Source: Acidobacteriota bacterium (GTDB lineage Bacteria; Acidobacteriota; UBA6911; RPQK01; JAJDTT01). Taken from it: a stretch of 64,000 nucleotides of DNA. Numbering within the stretch: the stretch's first letter is position 1; each line of letters starts with the position of its first letter. A program made the position numbers and the translations under genes. Below the pieces are notes generated by a model. That model was not told the DNA's origin. It saw nothing but the letters and a program-made list of their open reading frames with translations, and did no database searches. Positions 1-7,370 of the stretch are shown piece by piece. The stretch is from NCBI GenBank assembly GCA_965263035.1, contig OZ253580.1, positions 5,920,001-5,984,000 of the forward strand, given 5' to 3'.

Positions 1-70
1 CTTCGTTACTCCCCAGGAGCCGTACAGCGTCCTGGATCGAGGTTGGGTTGGCATATTCGAAGGCTTGCAT
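1..70 (-). CDS. Xanthine dehydrogenase family FAD-binding subunit, N-terminal part (runs off the window edge)
   Basis: Manual translation MQAFEYANPTSIQDAVRLLG is a typical CoxM/YagS-type N-terminus; its ATG overlaps the TGA of the Mo subunit (TGATG). Confidence 0.8.
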   Translation of the reverse strand, partial: MQAFEYANPTSIQDAVRLLGSNE

Positions 71-2202
71 CAGGCAGCTCCTCCTCTCTCAAGGGCTTCC
101 AACACCCGATTGGGGGTAACGGGCATGTATGGAACGCGTACACCGATGGCGTTGGCCACGGCATTGGCCACAGCCGCGCCGGTGGAAATCACCGGAGGCT
201 CACCCAATCCGATCACGCCCCGCTTTTCGTATTCGGGGCCCGTCATCATGTGCACGACCAATTCGCCGATGTCCCCGATCCCGGGCAGCTTGTAGAATTC
301 CATGTCTGGATTCAACATCTTGCCGCTCACCGGATCCAGAACCTTCTCTTCGGTCAAGGCGTAGGCGATTCCCATGATCAAGGAACCATAGACCTGGCTC
401 TCGGCAAGCTTCATGTCGATGATCAGGCCACAGTCCTGAACGGCCACGACCTTGTTGATCTTGACGATCCCCGTCTCCACGTCGACGGAAACATCCGCCA
501 TCTGAACACCGCCCACGCCGCTGTCGCTGAGCTTGCCGGGACCGGGATTACTTCCCGACGCGCTCAGGGGGCTGGGACCGATGCGGGCCGCCGCCTGTCG
601 CCAGGAAAGACTGCGGGCCGGATTCCCCTTGACCCGAACCCGTCCGCCAACGGCCTCCAGTTGATCGGCGGGGACTCCCAGGGACGGAGCCACCCGTTCC
701 AGTAGCTGCTCCAGCGCGTTGACCGCCGCCCGGCGGGTCGAGGAGGTCACGCCCCCGACGGTGGTGCTTCCTCCGGAACCGCCCGAGGCGGGAAACCGGC
801 TGTCGCCGATTCTCACGTTCACGGCTTCGATGGGGAGGCTCAAGGTCTCGCCCAGAATCATGGCGATGACCGTAATGGTGCCGGTGCCCAAATCCTGACT
901 CCCCAACCGTGCCTCCACGTTTCCGTCGGGAAAGATCACGACTTCGCAGTTGCTCTGATGAGCTCTCCCGCCCCAGGTATGAATACCCAGTCCGAGCCCC
1001 CGCTTGACGGGGCCGCGTCCGCTGTCTCCCCGGGGATGCCAGTTCCGTTCCCAATCCATGAGCGCGGCCGCCACTTCCAATTCCTCGGCATAGGTGTCGG
1101 CTCGGGGTCCGGTAATGGAGACGTTCTTGAGAAACAGACCCAGGGGATCCATCTTCAACCCGGCAGCCAGGTCCTCCAGGGCACTCATGGTCAGGAAGCA
1201 AGCCTGAGGATGGTTGGGCGCCCGCCAGGCTCGTGCCGTGGCTTTGTTGATGACGATCGAATGGTGTGTCTGCTTCCGGTTGGGAATCTGGAAGATATAG
1301 GGGACGGGCGGACTGCCGCGCGAACCGGAGATCCCGCCGGACCCCCACGATTCCGAGGACCACGCCACGATGGTTCCGTCCGATTTGGCGCCGACCTCGA
1401 TCTCGGCGTAAGCCGAGGGACGGTCTCCGGCAATGGCCAACTCGGCGTCCCGCTCCAGGAACAGTTTGACGGCGGCATTTTCCTGCCGGGCCAGCTCGGC
1501 ACACTCGATGCCCCAGCGATCGGCGCTGAACTTGCTCCCGAATCCACCGCCCATGTATGGAGTGATCACCCGCACGTTTGCGGTAGGCAGGCCCAGCTTG
1601 TCTGCAAACTGCCCGGGCAGACCCGATACGGCCTGGGTGGAGCACCAGGCATTGAGCTTGTCTTCGCCTTCCCACTCGCAGACTTGACCATGGGGCTCCA
1701 TACAGCAATGAGTGATGGCAGCAATGCCGTAGAAACCCTTGCTGCGGACATCCGCTGATGCCATGGCCCCCACCGGGTCTCCTTCGGTCTCCTCCTTGGC
1801 AACCTCCTGGTCCGGAGCCCGGTCCCGATCCTCTTCCGTGACGAAGTGGGAAAGCACCTCGTAGTCGACTCGGATTGCCCGGACCCCATCCTCAGCCGCC
1901 TCTTCGGTCTCGGCGGCGACGGTCGCCACCTCGTCCATCTCCCACTTGATCTCGGAGCCTACCCCTTGAACTACCCGGACTGTCTTGACACCGGGTACGG
2001 CCTCAGCGGCCGAGGTGTCCAGGCCCGTGATCCGAGCGTGTGCATGAGGACAGTGCAGGATCTTGGCGAACAGCATCCCGGAGCGGTTGACGTCGTAGGA
2101 GTACTTGGCAACTCCCGTTACCTTGAGAGGACCGTCCAGACGGGAGACGCGCTTTCCGATGAGCGTCCTCTTGGAAGCTTCCGGCCATGAGTAATCAGCC
2201 AT
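70..2202 (-). CDS. Xanthine dehydrogenase family molybdopterin-binding subunit
   Basis: Motifs RLDGPLKVTG, MGGGFGSK, AWRAP, QDLGTG, SGGS and GLGEPP; 710 aa. Confidence 0.95.
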   Translation of the reverse strand: MADYSWPEASKRTLIGKRVSRLDGPLKVTGVAKYSYDVNRSGMLFAKILHCPHAHARITGLDTSAAEAVPGVKTVRVVQGVGSEIKWEMDEVATVAAETEEAAEDGVRAIRVDYEVLSHFVTEEDRDRAPDQEVAKEETEGDPVGAMASADVRSKGFYGIAAITHCCMEPHGQVCEWEGEDKLNAWCSTQAVSGLPGQFADKLGLPTANVRVITPYMGGGFGSKFSADRWGIECAELARQENAAVKLFLERDAELAIAGDRPSAYAEIEVGAKSDGTIVAWSSESWGSGGISGSRGSPPVPYIFQIPNRKQTHHSIVINKATARAWRAPNHPQACFLTMSALEDLAAGLKMDPLGLFLKNVSITGPRADTYAEELEVAAALMDWERNWHPRGDSGRGPVKRGLGLGIHTWGGRAHQSNCEVVIFPDGNVEARLGSQDLGTGTITVIAMILGETLSLPIEAVNVRIGDSRFPASGGSGGSTTVGGVTSSTRRAAVNALEQLLERVAPSLGVPADQLEAVGGRVRVKGNPARSLSWRQAAARIGPSPLSASGSNPGPGKLSDSGVGGVQMADVSVDVETGIVKINKVVAVQDCGLIIDMKLAESQVYGSLIMGIAYALTEEKVLDPVSGKMLNPDMEFYKLPGIGDIGELVVHMMTGPEYEKRGVIGLGEPPVISTGAAVANAVANAIGVRVPYMPVTPNRVLEALERGGAA

Positions 2203-2830
2203 TGGTCCCTCCTTTCAGGACCCCTGCCGCCTGCATTACGGCCGGGCGAATTCCGACGTAGGTTCCACAGCGACAGAGATTGCCCCCCAGACCCGTATTG
2301 ATCTGTTCCAGCGTGGGATTGGGATGGCGGTCGAGGAATGCCTTGCAGGCGACGACGAATCCGGGCGTGCAGAATCCGCACTGCTGGGCGTCGTGGTCGA
2401 CGAATGCCTCCTGAACAGGATGCATTCGCTCCGGGGTCCCCAGTCCCTCCACGGTGACAATGTCCTTGCCTTGGGCCTCGATGGCCAGGGTCGAACAGGA
2501 GTAGACCGGGTTTCCGTCCACCAGGACCGTACAGGAACCGCAGGTTCCCCGATCACAGATCTTTTTCGCTCCGGTCAGGTCCAGATGGTTTCGGAGCGCA
2601 TCCAGCAGGGTCGTTCTGGGCTCCAGCTCGACCCGATGTCTGCGTCCGTTCACCTGGAGCTTCATGCTCAAGGCTCCCGGACCCTCGACCCCATGGCCCG
2701 ACATCGCCGACGGAGCGCCGCTGATGCGCTGCAGCAGTCCCGTGGTTACCGCGCCGGCGGCGCCTCCTCTCAAGAAGTCACGCCGCGAAACGTTCGCGGT
2801 TACGTGTTCTTCTTCCCTCTCTTTGTTCAT
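2195..2830 (-). CDS. (2Fe-2S)-binding small subunit of the molybdoenzyme, with a Tat-like leader
   Basis: CDRGTCGSC, QCGFCTPG and GNLCRC; N-terminal SRRDFLRG twin-arginine motif. Confidence 0.95.
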   Translation of the reverse strand: MNKEREEEHVTANVSRRDFLRGGAAGAVTTGLLQRISGAPSAMSGHGVEGPGALSMKLQVNGRRHRVELEPRTTLLDALRNHLDLTGAKKICDRGTCGSCTVLVDGNPVYSCSTLAIEAQGKDIVTVEGLGTPERMHPVQEAFVDHDAQQCGFCTPGFVVACKAFLDRHPNPTLEQINTGLGGNLCRCGTYVGIRPAVMQAAGVLKGGTNG

Positions 2831-3080
2831 GTAGCCTCCTTCACCACTTTGTCGCTGTCGGCAGGAACTTCGCTCACACTATAGAGCCTGTTTCCCTCCC
2901 CATGCAAGCCTTTGGAGCCTCAATTCCGGGCATCTCCGGTCCGAGGCGCACTGAGGCTCCCGGTGCGAAGCGGAGACACGTGAGAGCAGGAAAAAATGCT
3001 TCGTCAGCTGGCGGACGAAGTCTGTTTGCCGCGAGGAGTGAAGTTTCCCGAAACGCCAAGGCGGAATTCGTTGACCGCGC

Positions 3081-3173
3081 TTACTTGGAGTGGGAGTTCT
3101 TGCGGATCTGGTGACGGCGCTTGCGGCGAAGCTTCCCGCGCCGTTTCTTCTTCTTCTTGAGTACGCTACCCAT
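3081..3173 (-). CDS. 30-aa basic microprotein, bS22 / AURKAIP1-COX24-like ribosomal protein
   Basis: MGSVLKKKKKRRGKLRRKRRHQIRKNSHSK resembles bS22 (MGSVIKKRRKRM...RHQRR). It appears only as the tail of a longer ORF in the track. Confidence 0.7.
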   Translation of the reverse strand: MGSVLKKKKKRRGKLRRKRRHQIRKNSHSK

Positions 3174-3433
3174 GATGGAATCTAACGCCGTGATAATAGC
3201 AGATGACGGCGTTTCTCCACAACTCGGACCGTTCGACCGGATTCCAGGCTGTTCCAACCCCAAAGGATTTTTGGGAACGCCGCTCGCTCCATCCCGGAGG
3301 GGTCTCCATACGTCTGCTATGATGAGCACTCCTACCGACTCCTCCGATGCCACGTCGATCCGCATAGCTGCGACGGCGCAGTCGGGACGTCGCCCGGAAG
3401 GTAAACCGGACATCGAGCGCGGGGAGCAGATCA

Positions 3434-3931
3434 ATGACAAGGGGTGCAGCATCCCAGACTGTTTCCGGCGATGTGGAGGTCGTTCTGTATACCGACGGTG
3501 CCTGTAGCGGCAATCCCGGACCAGGCGGTTGGGCATTCATCCTGGAGCACCGGTCGTCGGGCAAGACGCTGGAGGACAGCGGTGCGGAATGGCAGACGAC
3601 CAACAATCGAATGGAGCTTCAAGCAGTCATTGAGGGTCTCGCCAGGATCACCCGCCGCACCCGTGTCCACGTGGTGACGGACAGTTCCTACGTCCAACAG
3701 GGGGCAACCGATTGGATCTACCGATGGAAGGCCCGAGGATGGAAGAGAAAGACCTCCTCCGGCAAGGAGCCGGTCAAGAACCAGGATCTCTGGGAGCAAC
3801 TGGACCGGATTCGGAACGAGCATGAGGTGAGCTTCGAGCGGGTTCGCGGCCATGCCGGACACGCCATGAACGAGCGTTGCGACCAACTGGCGGTGGCGGC
3901 ATACCAACGGCTCAAGGGGGGCCGGCTGTGA
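3434..3931 (+). CDS. rnhA: Ribonuclease HI
   Basis: YTDGACSGNPGPGGW, TTNNRMELQA, TDSSYV, VKNQDLW, GHAGHAMNERCDQLA. Confidence 0.97.
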   Translation: MTRGAASQTVSGDVEVVLYTDGACSGNPGPGGWAFILEHRSSGKTLEDSGAEWQTTNNRMELQAVIEGLARITRRTRVHVVTDSSYVQQGATDWIYRWKARGWKRKTSSGKEPVKNQDLWEQLDRIRNEHEVSFERVRGHAGHAMNERCDQLAVAAYQRLKGGRL

Positions 3932-4184
3932 ATGGGTACGTTACCGTCCGCGTTTGGTGACGTGCGTACGCCGGCTTATTTGAGCTGGGAGCCTGCGCGG
4001 CAGAAATTGATCTACTGCGAAAGCGGTAGAATCGGTCCATATTTCCCCGATTTCTCGGCGAATAGAACAACTATGCACCTCCAAATCGAGAAAATCTGGC
4101 CTCGATTCCCCACTTTCTCGCTACGATCATTCCTACCGCGCAGACTCCTGGAAGACCGTCCGGCCAGTTACCCAGACCATGCCT

Positions 4185-5420
4185 TCAGAGAGACCGGAGG
4201 AAGGCCAGCAGCGCCTCGCGTTCCTCCGTGGTCAGGGCTTCGAACAGGGTTCGGCTGTCTTCGGCCTCGACGCGGTGTCTCAGAATCGCCGCCTCGATGG
4301 TTGCCGCGGAGCCGTCGTGCAAATACGGGGCCCGAGCCGCGACCCCCCACAGGGGCGCCGTCCGGATCTCCGTCGGGCCGGCGTCTCCGTCCTGGATGCC
4401 GTCTCCGGTTCCGACATCATGGAGCAGAAAGTCCCCAAACGGTCTGAATGTCCTGTTGCTGAGGGCTTCGAACGGACTGGACCCCGTCTCTAGAGTCGGC
4501 ACGTGACAGGAGGAACATCGAACCTCCTCGAAGAGTTCTTCCCCCCTTCGCGTCCGGTCGTTTTCCGCACCTCTCGGCGGCGGTCCCAGCAGGCGCATGA
4601 AATTGGCGAAGTTGTCGATCCCCCGCAGGCCCGTGGACGGGTCAGGCCCATCCTCAGGATCGGCGACCGCGTCGATGAGTTCCAGCGGCTCGCAGTCTCC
4701 AGCAGGACACATCTCGTTGAGGAACAGATCGCTGGTGATCCCCATTTCGTTGCGGTAGGCCTCTGCCCCGAAGGTGAACAGGGATGATTGCTGCGCCTTC
4801 CAACCGAAGCGCCCGGCGCGAGTCTCCCCCGAGTCCCGATCCACGACCCAATGGACACGCCCACTGACCCCGTCCCCGTCCTGGTCTTCCGGATCCTCCA
4901 AAGCCGCCAGGACCTCATCCGGAACCGATTCCACCAGACCGTCTCCGAACAGGGGGATCGGCTGCCGCCTGGCCACCACGTTGGCGCCCTCGGGGACCGC
5001 GGCCTGGATCGCATGGTCGGGGATGGAGAAGAGATGGATCAGGGACCCTCCCGGCGGGTCCTGAAAGGTTCCGTCAGCGTGCAGAGTCCCGGCCCGGACC
5101 TCGGTGATGGTGCTGGTCCCCCCGATGGCGGGAGTGGCGTGGCATTCGGCGCATGAGCGGCCGTTGTACAGGGGCCCCAGTCCTTCATCCGCGTCCTCCA
5201 CTTCCAGGAAGTCTTCGAGTCCCAGGCGGAAGAGTTCGAACTCCACGCCTCCTATTCCCTGGATGGGTTCGCCGAACTCGGTCCCCTGAACGGCGGTTCC
5301 CTGTCCGGCCCCCGGACCGGCCATCGCCGCAAGGACCAACATCATCGCCAGGATGGTTCCCCATTTCACCACCCCGGGTTGTTTCCACACGCCAATCCCT
5401 CCGCAGGCCTTATTCCACAA
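4185..5420 (-). CDS. Di-heme oxidoreductase (DHOR / thiol oxidoreductase) family, exported
   Basis: GLGPLYNGRSCAECH, GRFGWKA, CSSCH, DFLLHD, RTAPLWG, YLHDG, AILRH; hydrophobic N-terminal leader. Confidence 0.9.
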   Translation of the reverse strand: MWNKACGGIGVWKQPGVVKWGTILAMMLVLAAMAGPGAGQGTAVQGTEFGEPIQGIGGVEFELFRLGLEDFLEVEDADEGLGPLYNGRSCAECHATPAIGGTSTITEVRAGTLHADGTFQDPPGGSLIHLFSIPDHAIQAAVPEGANVVARRQPIPLFGDGLVESVPDEVLAALEDPEDQDGDGVSGRVHWVVDRDSGETRAGRFGWKAQQSSLFTFGAEAYRNEMGITSDLFLNEMCPAGDCEPLELIDAVADPEDGPDPSTGLRGIDNFANFMRLLGPPPRGAENDRTRRGEELFEEVRCSSCHVPTLETGSSPFEALSNRTFRPFGDFLLHDVGTGDGIQDGDAGPTEIRTAPLWGVAARAPYLHDGSAATIEAAILRHRVEAEDSRTLFEALTTEEREALLAFLRSL

Positions 5421-5793
5421 TGATGGTTCCCCGCATCATGGTGTGGCCGGCGCCGCAAGGACGGGAGCATTCGAACGGATAATTCCCCGCCTTCCGAGAT
5501 CGGAATCGGATCTTGATCTTTCCCTGACCCCGCGCCGGAATCGTGACGTCGATCTCGGCCTTGGGTATGCGAAAACCGTGGAACGTGTCCTGGCTGCTCA
5601 ACTCAATCTCCAGCAGCGTGCCCCTCTTGACCCGAATCCTGGAGGGAATGAAATGAAACCTCTCCGCGGAGATTCGGACCCTCTGAACCTTCGACTCACC
5701 ATTTTTCTTCTCTTTGGGAAGGGCCGGAACCAGAGCCGCTCCCAGCCCGATCAGGAGCAATGCGAGACCCCATGGGATCATCCGGTAATTCAC
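5410..5793 (-). CDS. Exported cupredoxin with a CuA-type ligand set
   Basis: HGF...CSRPCGAGHTMM matches H...CxxxCxxxHxxM; signal peptide; AGGAGG before the GTG start. Confidence 0.88.
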   Translation of the reverse strand: MNYRMIPWGLALLLIGLGAALVPALPKEKKNGESKVQRVRISAERFHFIPSRIRVKRGTLLEIELSSQDTFHGFRIPKAEIDVTIPARGQGKIKIRFRSRKAGNYPFECSRPCGAGHTMMRGTIIVE

Positions 5794-5803
5794 GGCGCAC
5801 CTC

Positions 5804-7231
5804 CTAAAACCACCAGCCGATGCCCAGGTTCCACCGGTTGCGGGCCCGGACGATCCGGCTGGCGTTCTTCATGAAGTTGTAGTCCAGCTTCAGGACCACG
5901 TCCGGGTGGGGAAAGTAGGAAAGACCCAGAACGTGGGCCGAACGGTCGAACTGGCTCAGCGGGAAGAACCCTTCAGCCATTCTGTGCTGGGTGTCGAAGT
6001 TCTCGTAGCGAAAAAAGCCGACCACGTCATGGCTGGAACCGGACGGCACCAGGCTACTGGAGCCTTCCAGGTAGAATCCTCGCATTCCTCGGGCAATGTT
6101 GGGGTTGATTCCGGCGCTGCGGCGAATCGAAGCGTTGACTTCAGCCGCCTGGTCCAGATGGGTCAGGGCATACTGCCCCCGAGCCTCGAAGCGATCGAAC
6201 CGATACCTGCCGTCGAACTCGAAGATCCGCAATCGGGCGTCCAGATCCCTGAAATGGAATCCGGTCTCTCCGGTCCAGAAGCTGGTGCCCAGATTCAGTC
6301 CCGGAAGCGGCCCGTATTCGACTCGCCCGACCCAGGCCAGATTGCGAGCGTTCTCCAGAAATGATTTTTGCCTTCCCTCCCGGAAACCCTCCTCTGCGGA
6401 AAAGAGGGAACCGTCCACCGAACTCATGACATAGGTCTTGTAGGAGAAACCTCCGCCCAAGTCTCCCACGAAGCCTCCGCCGCCGGCGAACCAGGTCGTG
6501 GGAAGGATTACCTCATCCACGAAGGGACGTTCCACCCCGTGAAACGCAGTCGGCTCATGCCTTTCGTTGATGATTCCCACCGGGGTCAGCAAAATCCCGG
6601 CCCGAAAGTTGAATCGCGGGTCGATGAGGAAGTCCAGGTAGGCCTGTTCCAACTCCAACTCACCGGTGGGAGCGCCGCCCTCGATCAAACCGTGCTCCAA
6701 TTCCAGTTCCGACCAGAACCGGATCCGATCCCCGAACCTGTGGCCCAGGTTCAGAACGAAACGGTGAAAGTCGAAAGTGGTCGGGTTCAAACCGTCGTGG
6801 TTGACGTGCATCTCCATGTACCCGGACATGGGTATGCTGCCGCCGAACAGTCCCGCCGACGCGTCGGGGCCGTCAGGCGCCGCGACCACCTCGGCGACCA
6901 CCAACGCTTCCACCTCCGGGACCGCTTCTTCTTCCGGAGCCGGATCCTCGACCCGGGACGCCTGCCGGCGAATCGTCTTCAACTCATCGGCCAGAGACTC
7001 CAGCTGCCTTTTCACATCCTCGCCGACAGTGCCTTCCAGCGCGGCGGCCAAGAGTCCGATCAACCGCTCCAGATTGGACTCCACCCGGTCGAGACGGTCT
7101 ACAAGGGACTCGTCCTGGGGTGTGGCGATCACCGGCACGGTCCCGATCCCGACCAGGACGACCGCCAGTAGCAGTATCGGGAGGTTAGGGCCAAGGCGCG
7201 CCGCCGTGCCGACGAGTGTGAAATATTCCAT
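5804..7231 (-). CDS. Outer-membrane porin-like beta-barrel with an N-terminal coiled coil
   Basis: DFHRFVL, SELELEH, ELEQAYLDF and NERHEPT motifs; C-terminal LGIGWWF beta-signal. Start moved to ATG 7231 because the upstream stretch is promoter/operator. Confidence 0.8.
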   Translation of the reverse strand: MEYFTLVGTAARLGPNLPILLLAVVLVGIGTVPVIATPQDESLVDRLDRVESNLERLIGLLAAALEGTVGEDVKRQLESLADELKTIRRQASRVEDPAPEEEAVPEVEALVVAEVVAAPDGPDASAGLFGGSIPMSGYMEMHVNHDGLNPTTFDFHRFVLNLGHRFGDRIRFWSELELEHGLIEGGAPTGELELEQAYLDFLIDPRFNFRAGILLTPVGIINERHEPTAFHGVERPFVDEVILPTTWFAGGGGFVGDLGGGFSYKTYVMSSVDGSLFSAEEGFREGRQKSFLENARNLAWVGRVEYGPLPGLNLGTSFWTGETGFHFRDLDARLRIFEFDGRYRFDRFEARGQYALTHLDQAAEVNASIRRSAGINPNIARGMRGFYLEGSSSLVPSGSSHDVVGFFRYENFDTQHRMAEGFFPLSQFDRSAHVLGLSYFPHPDVVLKLDYNFMKNASRIVRARNRWNLGIGWWF

Positions 7232-7241
7232 GCCACTAAGT

Positions 7242-7273
7242 TTAAGTTTAGCTCCGTCTAAACTTAAGGTCAA
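7242..7273 (-). promoter_or_regulatory. Sigma70-type promoter overlapped by a palindromic operator (MntR/TroR/DtxR-like)
   Basis: Minus strand TTGACC-17 bp-TAAACT; perfect inverted repeat TTAAGTTTAG-ctccgt-CTAAACTTAA at 7242-7267. Confidence 0.75.
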
Positions 7274-7370
7274 CGCGTAGGGCGCTAGCTTCGGACCGAG
7301 CGGAAAGAAAGGCGCTCGGTCTCAAGCAGCCCCGGACTTAGGAGGGACGAAATAAATCCCCGGTATGCCG

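Noticed and set aside
2831-3080. Moco riboswitch upstream of the molybdoenzyme operon
   Set aside because: Only a GGAGCCTCA/TGAGGCTCC stem is visible; I could not match the consensus.
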